Origin: Woeseiaceae bacterium
Lineage (GTDB): Bacteria; Pseudomonadota; Gammaproteobacteria; Steroidobacterales; Woeseiaceae
DNA: 64,000 nucleotides
Direction: 5' to 3'
Assembly (NCBI GenBank): GCA_965224725.1
Contig: CBDCZZ010000001.1
Location: 37,613 to 101,612 of the forward strand
A program made the position numbers and the translations under genes. The notes under the pieces are model-generated. The model saw only the letters and a list, made by a program, of their open reading frames with translations, was not told where the DNA came from and made no database searches. Positions 26,375-33,574 of the stretch are shown piece after piece (the first letter of the stretch is position 1; every line of letters begins with the position of its first letter).

Positions 26375-26397
26375 ACGTCTACACAATCCGCATTGTT
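26375..26397. repeat. Right copy (reverse complement) of the 23-bp inverted repeat
   Basis: ACGTCTACACAATCCGCATTGTT is the exact reverse complement of 23160-23182. It lies 15 nt upstream of the HNH start codon. Confidence 0.9.
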
Positions 26398-26412
26398 TCG
26401 GGAGTGGGAACA

Positions 26413-26988
26413 ATGATTGAGAGAATTTTGAAACTGGATATTGGTGGACGCCCGATCGCGTGGATTACCCGCGAGGAGGGCGCCCTGATGTACTGCCGTG
26501 ACCAGGTTGCCTGGGAGGCCGGCATGGAGCACATCGTGCTGCGTGGTGGTATCTCGCGCGTGACCGGCGGTCGCTCGGTGCTCTTCGTATCGACGATCGT
26601 TGCGGCAAACGATGTACACCGCGGGCTGGACCTGCTGAATGACGTGCCGGCGCTGACCAACAGACGCCTGTTCCGTCGCGACAACCACATGTGCCTGTAC
26701 TGCGGCGACTACCTGTACGACTGCGAGCTGACTCGCGACCACGTCGTTCCGGTATCGCGCGGCGGCCCGGACACCTGGGAAAACGTCGTGACCGCATGCC
26801 GAATCTGCAACCACCGCAAGGCAGATCGCCTGCTCGACGAATGCGGCATGAAGCTCTTGGCTGTGCCTTACGTGCCTAACCGCGCGGAGGGCCTGATCCT
26901 CGAGAACCGCCACATCCTGGGAGACCAGATGGAGTTCCTGAGGGGACACGCGAAGCAACGCAGCGATTTGCTGTACACCTATAAGTAA
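26413..26988 (+). CDS. HNH endonuclease with an uncharacterised N-terminal domain
   Basis: CLYCGDYLYDCELTRDHVVPVSRGGPDTWENVVTACRICNHRK is a canonical HNH/zinc motif. Start placed at ATG 26413. Confidence 0.8.
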   Translation: MIERILKLDIGGRPIAWITREEGALMYCRDQVAWEAGMEHIVLRGGISRVTGGRSVLFVSTIVAANDVHRGLDLLNDVPALTNRRLFRRDNHMCLYCGDYLYDCELTRDHVVPVSRGGPDTWENVVTACRICNHRKADRLLDECGMKLLAVPYVPNRAEGLILENRHILGDQMEFLRGHAKQRSDLLYTYK

Positions 26989-27002
26989 AGGAGGATGAAA
27001 CG

Positions 27003-28412
27003 ATGGCGTTTCTCCATGAAGTAGAAAAAGTGTCGGACGCACACTACGTGCTGCCCAGGATCGGTGACATGCGCACCGAGGTGCACGCGTACCTGTCGGA
27101 TACGCTGTTCGCCCAGACGGACGAAGCACTCTGGCGCCAGGCTGCGCAGGCGGCCGCGTACCCGGGTGTTATCGGTCTGTACCTGATGCCGGACACCCAC
27201 CTGGGTTATGGCATTCCGGTTGGCGGCGTTGTCGTCACCGAGGATGTCATCATCCAGGCCGGTTCGGGCTACGACATCTCGTGTGGTGTCGTGTACCTGA
27301 AGGTGCCTGACCTGACGGCGGCTGACGTCGCCGACTGGGACAAGCGTCGTGCGTGGATCAATGACGTCGAGCAGCGTATTGCTACCGGCGTTGGTTCGCA
27401 TCGCCCGAAGCATATGCCGCGCCTGAACGAGTCGAAGATCGAAGACATCTTTCACTACGGTGCCAAGGCCATCGGCGTTCACGCCGATGTCTGCGAGCGT
27501 CAGTACATTGATGTCGACGAGCAGGTACTCGATTCGGAGCGAATCAAGCGTGCGCGCGACAAGGCGTGCCCGCAGATCGGTTCGGTTGGCGGCGGTAACC
27601 ACTTTGTCGAGATGCAGGTCGACAAGCATGACGGCTCGGTGTGGGTAATGATTCACTGCGGCTCGCGCGGCTACGGCTGGCAGACCGCGAACCACTACTT
27701 CTACGCCGGCGCCGAGCTGCGCGGACTCGCGAAAAACCGTCGCGAGGACTCGTGGCTGCGTGTCGACGAGCCACTCGGCAAGGAGTACTGGGCGCACCAC
27801 AACTCGGCAGCAAACTACGCGGTCGCAAACCGCCACATCATTGTGCGCGGTGTGCAGACGGCGCTTCAGAATGTCTACAACGCATCGGCTGACGTCTTCT
27901 TCGAGATCTCGCACAACCTGGTGCAGGAAGAGACGCTCGTGCTGCCGGACGGTACGACCAAGAAGGGCTTTGTTCACCGCAAGGGGGCGACGCGTGCGTT
28001 CCCGGCGGGACACCCCGACCTGGTTGGTACCAAGTGGGAGAAGACCGGTCATCCGTGCCTGGTTCCGGGCTCGATGCTGGATGGTGCTGCCATCCTGTAT
28101 CCGCTCAAGGGAGCCTTCGACACGGGTTGCTCGGTCAACCATGGCTCGGGCCGCGTGATGGCGCGCGGCAAGGCGAAGCGTGAGCTCGCCGAGATGCACG
28201 ACGACATCGATAACGAAATGCGCTACATCAAGCGCACGCTCGGCGGCGTCGAAATTCAGGGCATCGTCGGCAACACGCGTCGCACGCCGCTCGACGAGTG
28301 CGGTCATGTGTACAAGGATCTCGATGAGGTCCTGCGCGTACTGGAGACGGAAGGTATCGCCCGCGTGGCAAACCGACTGTACCCGGTCGCAAACATCAAG
28401 GGCGCCGATTAG
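27003..28412 (+). CDS. rtcB: RNA 3'-phosphate/2',3'-cyclic phosphate - 5'-OH ligase RtcB
   Basis: AGGAGG SD. RtcB signature motifs: GYGIPVGGV, SVGGGNHFVEMQ, IHCGSRGYGWQ, ISHNLV, HRKGATRA, VPGSM, SVNHGSGRVM. Confidence 0.92.
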   Translation: MAFLHEVEKVSDAHYVLPRIGDMRTEVHAYLSDTLFAQTDEALWRQAAQAAAYPGVIGLYLMPDTHLGYGIPVGGVVVTEDVIIQAGSGYDISCGVVYLKVPDLTAADVADWDKRRAWINDVEQRIATGVGSHRPKHMPRLNESKIEDIFHYGAKAIGVHADVCERQYIDVDEQVLDSERIKRARDKACPQIGSVGGGNHFVEMQVDKHDGSVWVMIHCGSRGYGWQTANHYFYAGAELRGLAKNRREDSWLRVDEPLGKEYWAHHNSAANYAVANRHIIVRGVQTALQNVYNASADVFFEISHNLVQEETLVLPDGTTKKGFVHRKGATRAFPAGHPDLVGTKWEKTGHPCLVPGSMLDGAAILYPLKGAFDTGCSVNHGSGRVMARGKAKRELAEMHDDIDNEMRYIKRTLGGVEIQGIVGNTRRTPLDECGHVYKDLDEVLRVLETEGIARVANRLYPVANIKGAD

Positions 28413-28421
28413 GCGCCCTTG
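28397..28421. terminator. Perfect 10-bp GC-rich hairpin (CAAGGGCGCC/GGCGCCCTTG) between convergent genes
   Basis: The stem spans the rtcB stop codon and is followed by a T-rich tract. The convergent gene ends at 28439. Confidence 0.6.
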
Positions 28422-28438
28422 TCTTATCTGTCATCTAT

Positions 28439-29050
28439 TCAGGAAAGCAGCAAGCGGTCCAGTTTCGGCAACCGCGTCTGCCACTCTCGACAACTCCGCG
28501 AAGTCTGGTCACCGAGTATCACTGAAGCTCGAATCGAGCGACTTAGCGCATTTGCATGTAGACGCTGGTAGTAGGGCATCTTCCGCACATAGAACGGCAG
28601 GATTTCTTCGAGCGTCATGTCCGTATCGAGTGTCTCCGCGAACGCATCGTAAAAACGTGCCAGTGCGTCGGTCACCTGGTTTTCGTCGCCAAGATTCTCG
28701 GAGGGCTCGATTGTCCACGTCATGTCGCGTTGCAGCATGCAGGTGCCGGCAAATGCTGTGCGCCGGGCATCCGACCATTCTTCGGGAGCAATCAGACTGA
28801 GTGACCATTGCTCGTCAAACCAGTACAGGTAGTTGGCAACGCCAATCGATGGTTTGTACTTGAAGTGTGCCGACAGGATTAACATCGAAGTGAAAAACTC
28901 GGCCAGCACCTGGTGTCCGGTTTTCGCGGAAACGCCACGTGGCTCGGTGCGATACCAGTCGAGCATGAAGCCGTTCGCACCCTTGCCATCGAGATTGACA
29001 GGCTTGGTCTCTGCGATATCGCTCGATTTGTGGCGTTTCAGGTTTACCAT
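28439..29050 (-). CDS. Hypothetical protein (possibly DUF2452-like; uncertain recollection)
   Basis: Long ORF with genome-typical codon usage. Start uncertain (ATG at 29050, 29062 or 29128). The upstream options overlap the CPXCG gene. Confidence 0.5.
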   Translation of the reverse strand: MVNLKRHKSSDIAETKPVNLDGKGANGFMLDWYRTEPRGVSAKTGHQVLAEFFTSMLILSAHFKYKPSIGVANYLYWFDEQWSLSLIAPEEWSDARRTAFAGTCMLQRDMTWTIEPSENLGDENQVTDALARFYDAFAETLDTDMTLEEILPFYVRKMPYYQRLHANALSRSIRASVILGDQTSRSCREWQTRLPKLDRLLLS

Positions 29051-29056
29051 AGGGCG

Positions 29057-29248
29057 ATGCATGCACTCAGCGAAGAACCGGTCGGCTGCCCGTTTTGCGG
29101 GGAGCGCATCACGATTGTCGTCGATCACTCGCTCGGCGACCAGCAGTATGTCGAAGACTGCGAAGTGTGTTGTCGGCCCGTCGTATTCGCGATAAACATC
29201 GATGAGAGTGACAGCGTCTCGGTTGTCGCAAGATACGAGGGAGATTGA
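29057..29248 (+). CDS. CPXCG-motif cysteine-rich small protein (zinc-ribbon-like)
   Basis: MHALSEEPVGCPFCGERITIVVD...YVEDCEVCCRPVVF: two Cys pairs (CPFCG / CEVCC), the typical CPXCG family layout. Confidence 0.7.
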   Translation: MHALSEEPVGCPFCGERITIVVDHSLGDQQYVEDCEVCCRPVVFAINIDESDSVSVVARYEGD

Positions 29249-29262
29249 GCAACTCAGGTGAT

Positions 29263-29312
29263 TTAATTATGTATCTATATTGACACATATGGAAATATAG
29301 ATACATAATTAA
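29263..29312. promoter_or_regulatory. Perfect 19-bp inverted repeat (12-nt spacer) in an AT-rich promoter region, likely AbiE operator
   Basis: TTAATTATGTATCTATATT (29263-29281) and its reverse complement (29294-29312), 4 bp upstream of the AbiEii start. Confidence 0.7.
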
Positions 29313-29316
29313 TCCT

Positions 29317-30090
29317 ATGTATACGGATATCCAGTTGCGCGAGATCTTTCACTTCTGCTTCCTGAACAGGTTGCTGAAGACGACTGATATTGAGCTATTC
29401 GTACTCAAGGGTGGCGTCAACCTTCGCTTCTTCTTCCAGAGCCCGCGTTACTCCGAGGACATGGATCTCGATGTTCTTGGCGGCAGTGTCGCAACGCTCA
29501 AAAAGAACGGCTACAAAATACTCAACGACGCGTCCTTCCAGCGCAGCCTCAAGGTCTTCGATATCGACTCGGTCGAAATCAACGATCCACACAAGGCCAA
29601 ACACACCAAAACGACACAGCGCTTTCGCTGTTCCCTGGTCCGTTCGTCCGGGCAGCAATTGCCAACCAAGGTCGAATTCTCACGTCGTGCCGACGAGGTT
29701 CGAGAGCTGACGATTACCGAGCAAGTAGACCCCGGTATCGCGCTCCCTTATCGAAAGCTGGCGTACCCTTGCCGGCATTACAACGGAACCGCGGCCGTTG
29801 CTCAGAAGATTGAGGCGCTGGCCGGCCGCAGCGTGGCGCAGGCGCGCGACGTATTTGATTTGGGCATTCTGCAGGCGGGTGGCCACCTCGCGTCGGCTGC
29901 AGATCAGGACAACTTCCAGGATCTGCCCTTTGCCGCCGCAATCGATGCTCTACTGTCCCTGCACTGGGAAGATTATGAAGGCCAGGTGCTCGAATATCTC
30001 GCGCCAGAGATCCTTGGAGAATTCGGGAGTCGGGACGCTTGGGTAAATCTGCAGAACGAGATCTACGAAGTACTGCTGGCTCATGCTTGA
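29317..30090 (+). CDS. Nucleotidyltransferase AbiEii/AbiGii-family toxin (DUF1814)
   Basis: FVLKGGVNLRFFFQSPRYSEDMDLDV matches the LKGGTAL..SPRFSEDLDF signature of the family. Confidence 0.85.
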   Translation: MYTDIQLREIFHFCFLNRLLKTTDIELFVLKGGVNLRFFFQSPRYSEDMDLDVLGGSVATLKKNGYKILNDASFQRSLKVFDIDSVEINDPHKAKHTKTTQRFRCSLVRSSGQQLPTKVEFSRRADEVRELTITEQVDPGIALPYRKLAYPCRHYNGTAAVAQKIEALAGRSVAQARDVFDLGILQAGGHLASAADQDNFQDLPFAAAIDALLSLHWEDYEGQVLEYLAPEILGEFGSRDAWVNLQNEIYEVLLAHA

Positions 30091-30700
30091 TTTGCTGCAG
30101 AAACCGGACTTTGTCGTATTCACGACTCGCGATGCCGCTGTTGCCGACGGCGTATCAGTTTCAGCTGCATCGAGAAGACTGACGCGAATTGCCGAAGGTG
30201 GGGCGATCAAACGAGTTACCAAGGGCGTTTGGGCAAATACACAGCACCCACACTTTCATCCCCTGTCCTGCGTACCATACTTGCTGGGGAAAGAGCAGGG
30301 ATACGTATCATTCCTCTCTGCATTGCACCTGCATGCAGCGTTGTCGCAGATTCCTGCCGTTATGATGGTCGCCACAACTGGTCATGGCCGAAAGCTCGAT
30401 TCTCCAGTTGGCAGGTTTGAGTTTTTCCGGGTCAAGCCGGAACTTATGCGTGATGGCGTTGCGTGGTCAGATACCCGGCAGCCATACCTGATGGCGACTC
30501 CGGAAAAAGCCTTGTTGGACGTCTTGTACCTTTCGACAAGAAAAAAGCGTCGCTTCTCTCGATTACCGGAGCTCATCTTGAGCGATAGCGGATTTCGGGT
30601 AACGGAGTTCAGGCGCCTGCTTAAGTCCTTGCCATACTCCAAGCGGGTACGTTCAGCGATCAATTCCAGGTGGGAAGGCCTGGCGCCGCAGATTAGCTGA
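30083..30700 (+). CDS. AbiEi-like antitoxin / wHTH regulator
   Basis: N-terminal wHTH pattern FTTRDAAVADGVSVSAASRRLTRIAEGGAIKRVTKGVWAN. Overlaps the upstream toxin gene by 8 nt. Confidence 0.7.
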   Translation: MLDLLQKPDFVVFTTRDAAVADGVSVSAASRRLTRIAEGGAIKRVTKGVWANTQHPHFHPLSCVPYLLGKEQGYVSFLSALHLHAALSQIPAVMMVATTGHGRKLDSPVGRFEFFRVKPELMRDGVAWSDTRQPYLMATPEKALLDVLYLSTRKKRRFSRLPELILSDSGFRVTEFRRLLKSLPYSKRVRSAINSRWEGLAPQIS

Positions 30701-30711
30701 CGCAGGACAAC

Positions 30712-30743
30712 AAAAAAAAGGCCGCCGGTTTGCACCGGCGGCC
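30712..30743 (-). terminator. Rho-independent terminator (serves the minus-strand DUF4382 gene; also sits at the end of the AbiE operon)
   Basis: GGCCGCCGGT-TTGC-ACCGGCGGCC 10-bp stem preceded by A8 on the plus strand (T8 after the stem on the minus strand). Confidence 0.75.
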
Positions 30744-30769
30744 CAAAACGGTTCACTGACTAAATGAGC

Positions 30770-31708
30770 TTATTCGGCAGGTGCCTCGAAGCTTACGTCT
30801 GTCGTCTCATTCGCGACGATGTTCGCCGGCAAACCGTCCTCCGGTTCGAACGTCGTGCCGTCGCAGGTGAATGCGGCTTCGTAATCACCCGGAAGTACGA
30901 AACCGATCTCGTAGCTCCATGTCGTCGTTCCGTCCATGTTGTCGGTCGGGTTGACCATGGCGGTTGCGACCGGATCGTTCGGGTCGGCTACTTCGGCGTC
31001 GTCGATTTCGTTCGGCGTAACGCCATCGTCATACAGGTATACCGACGGCTCGCAGGCTTCAGCTGTCGCGAGTTCCGGTGCGACCGTTCCGACCAGAGTG
31101 CCAACTTCGGTATTGTCCACGAGGCGGATTACCGGGCGCAGAACTACGTCAGGGTCCAGGCCCGGAGGCTGGGTGATGGAGCGGCCCAGGTCGAACTCTG
31201 CGGTCAGGTCTGAAAAGCCGTTAACAGGAATCGTGATGCCGCCGACGAGCTTCAGGCCGGTCTCGGCGCTGCTCGGCACGTACAGGTTATATACACTGCC
31301 ATCTTCCATGACGATATATGAGCCTTCACCATCACAGACGTCGTCGTTGCCGGTATCGCCGGCGCCGCCGTTGCTACCCAGATTGGCGTCGACGCCAAGG
31401 CGAAGCCACTGGTAGTCGCCGGCCGGAATTTCGTAATTGAGCAGGATCGGCGCCGCGTTAGCACCCTGTACCGAGAGAAGGTCAACTTTCTCCGGCGGAT
31501 CCAGGGTAATGACTTCCCGATTGCCGCCGCCCTGCAGTTCGACTTCGTCGAACGTTACGCAGACCTTGCGAGCATTGTGGATCGGGCCGTCACTGATGCC
31601 GAGTGACAGGTAACCCGTTGTAGCGTCTTCGCCGCCAGAGCCGCCGCAGGCAGCCAGAACGGCCGCCGTGGCCAGGGTCAGTGCGGATCGCGTTATAGAT
31701 TTGTGCAT
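30770..31708 (-). CDS. DUF4382-like lipoprotein
   Basis: Lipobox LAACGG. Pattern YLSLGISDGPI...KVCVTFDEVEL...NLYVPSSAETGLKL is typical of DUF4382. Confidence 0.75.
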   Translation of the reverse strand: MHKSITRSALTLATAAVLAACGGSGGEDATTGYLSLGISDGPIHNARKVCVTFDEVELQGGGNREVITLDPPEKVDLLSVQGANAAPILLNYEIPAGDYQWLRLGVDANLGSNGGAGDTGNDDVCDGEGSYIVMEDGSVYNLYVPSSAETGLKLVGGITIPVNGFSDLTAEFDLGRSITQPPGLDPDVVLRPVIRLVDNTEVGTLVGTVAPELATAEACEPSVYLYDDGVTPNEIDDAEVADPNDPVATAMVNPTDNMDGTTTWSYEIGFVLPGDYEAAFTCDGTTFEPEDGLPANIVANETTDVSFEAPAE

Positions 31709-31878
31709 TGTGCAATTCCTGAGGTTGAAAGTTAGGTCTATAACGGTCCAAACGACGAGATTCCCGAAACGGTTGCAAATTTCTTACATAACGGTGCCAT
31801 CTCTTTTTGTGGCCCGTTATGTTAAATAGTTGCAACCAAATTGACGCCCCCGGCGTTTACCTCACAGACGACATCGAT

Positions 31879-32454
31879 ATGACGCACAACTCGCAGAAAA
31901 AACGGTTTGAAGCGCTGTTGCAGCCGCATTTCGATGCACTGTACGCCGCGGCCCGCCGCATGACACTGGTGCCAGGCGACGCCGAGGACCTGGTGCAGGA
32001 GGTTTGCATCAAGGCGTATACGAGAATGGAAGAGTTTGAATCAATCGATTACCAAAGGGCATGGTTGCTGAGAGTCATGTACAACAAGTTCATAGACATG
32101 AAGCGAGCGGACAGTCGCTCACCGGTTGGACTCGCGGACACAGGCGCGGATTCGGTTGAGCCCGGCGACGATATGGAATCGAGTTGGCTGCCGGATAACG
32201 AAGTCGACCGTGAAATTCGCATCGTGCGAATCTTGTCGGCGATGCGCCGCCTGGACCGGGAACAAGCCGCACTTATTGCGTTGCGCGACATTGAAGGTCT
32301 GACGGTTACGGAGCTCGAAGAGCTGACCGGAATGCCGTCAGGCACGATCAAGGCGAAGCTGCATCGAGGACGCGCACGACTTGGCCGGCTCTTATCGAAT
32401 AGCGAATGGTTCAGGCCCGAGCTGAAGGCTGTAGGTGGTAGTAATGAACTGTAA
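31879..32454 (+). CDS. ECF-type RNA polymerase sigma factor
   Basis: Region 2 (DAEDLVQEVCIKAY..YQRAWLLRVMYNKFIDMKR) and region 4 (ALRDIEGLTVTELEELTGMPSGTIKAKLHRGR). Confidence 0.85.
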   Translation: MTHNSQKKRFEALLQPHFDALYAAARRMTLVPGDAEDLVQEVCIKAYTRMEEFESIDYQRAWLLRVMYNKFIDMKRADSRSPVGLADTGADSVEPGDDMESSWLPDNEVDREIRIVRILSAMRRLDREQAALIALRDIEGLTVTELEELTGMPSGTIKAKLHRGRARLGRLLSNSEWFRPELKAVGGSNEL

Positions 32455-33061
32455 TGACGTACGTGACCTGATCCGTCAGGTTGCCGCCGAGGAATTACCC
32501 TCGGATCAGCGGCACCTTGCCATGGATCACATTGAGAATTGTGCCGATTGTCGGGCAGCGTTACGCGGGGCAGAAGCATTGTTCGAACTACGCCAGCGAG
32601 AAGTCCCCGAACCGCAGCCGGCGTTGTTTGACGAGATCGTGGACAAGGTAGTCGAGGCTCCACAGTCGAACACGCGGTTCTGGCAAGGCGCCGGTTTCGG
32701 TGCAATTGCAGCGTCAATTCTGACCATCGCATTGTTCTTCGGGTTTGATGGCCCGGAGCCGCGTGACCCGGGTGTCGAATTCGCGGTGTCTGTCGATGAG
32801 CCGAGGCTGATGAGCCTGGCATTTGAAACAGATCGCGACCTGGACGGCGCAACGATCAGTATCGATCTGAGCGGATCCGTCGAAATAGACGGCTATGCAG
32901 GTCGGCGCCACATTGAATGGCTTGAAGATCTTGATGCTGGAGTGAATCGACTGAGTCTTCCAGTGATCGCCAACGGAATCGGCGGTGGCCAGATGGTGGT
33001 TCGCTTGCGGCACCCGGAAAGCAACCAGGAATTTGTAATCAGTATGCCGGTCGACTCGTGA
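32444..33061 (+). CDS. Anti-sigma factor (zf-HC2 type) with one TM helix
   Basis: MNCNDVRDLI...HLAMDHIENCADCRAAL (H-x3-C-x2-C). The start overlaps the end of the sigma gene by 11 nt. Confidence 0.75.
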   Translation: MNCNDVRDLIRQVAAEELPSDQRHLAMDHIENCADCRAALRGAEALFELRQREVPEPQPALFDEIVDKVVEAPQSNTRFWQGAGFGAIAASILTIALFFGFDGPEPRDPGVEFAVSVDEPRLMSLAFETDRDLDGATISIDLSGSVEIDGYAGRRHIEWLEDLDAGVNRLSLPVIANGIGGGQMVVRLRHPESNQEFVISMPVDS

Positions 33062-33088
33062 CCGGAAACTTGTAAGAGAGGAAGGAAA

Positions 33089-33469
33089 ATGAAGAAGGAA
33101 CTACTTTTGGTCGCGGCGCTGGCACTGTCAGCCAATTCGGCCTGGGCGCAGGACGACAACACGGACGAATCCGATGCAACGATCAGGCTGATGGGTCAGG
33201 CTGAGGCGGAGCTTCCCGAGGCCGTAACCAAGGAAATCACGTTGCCAGAGTCTCTGGCCGAGGATTCCGCAGCGATCGAGAATGCCGCTGAAGGTCTGAG
33301 TACGGCTAACGAGAATCGTGCTCGCCGTGAAGAGGGACTGTCCCGGGCGGACGAGGCTCGCGAGCGCGGTGCCGAGATGGCGGACGAAGCGCAACAGAAC
33401 CGAGAGACACGCGGTCGCTCGGACGAGCGTCCCGAGCCGCCGGAAGTTCCTACGCCTCCGGGACCCTAA
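33089..33469 (+). CDS. Secreted acidic low-complexity protein (126 aa)
   Basis: Sec signal MKKELLLVAALALSANSAWAQ. The mature part is rich in E/A/R/D and ends in a Pro-rich tail. Confidence 0.6.
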   Translation: MKKELLLVAALALSANSAWAQDDNTDESDATIRLMGQAEAELPEAVTKEITLPESLAEDSAAIENAAEGLSTANENRARREEGLSRADEARERGAEMADEAQQNRETRGRSDERPEPPEVPTPPGP

Positions 33470-33574
33470 GTTATACTGCACGGGGCCTGAATTGACTCGG
33501 GCCCGGATGCCCGTCGCGCTACAGCGCGACGGGCATTTCGTCTTGTTACAGGCACAATCTTCGAAGGGCAGACA

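Noticed and set aside
23160-26397. The 23-bp inverted repeats considered as terminal inverted repeats of a transposon or MITE.
   Set aside because: No transposase or recombinase gene lies between or beside them. I saw no flanking direct duplication (flanks CTCTTT versus CGGGAG). The content is RNA genes plus SPFH. The invertible-segment option is kept in the findings at low weight.
26979-28307. 442-aa minus-strand ORF (and 26212-27129 minus) antisense to HNH and rtcB.
   Set aside because: The plus strand carries complete RtcB and HNH signature motifs. The antisense ORFs are typical GC-rich shadow frames.
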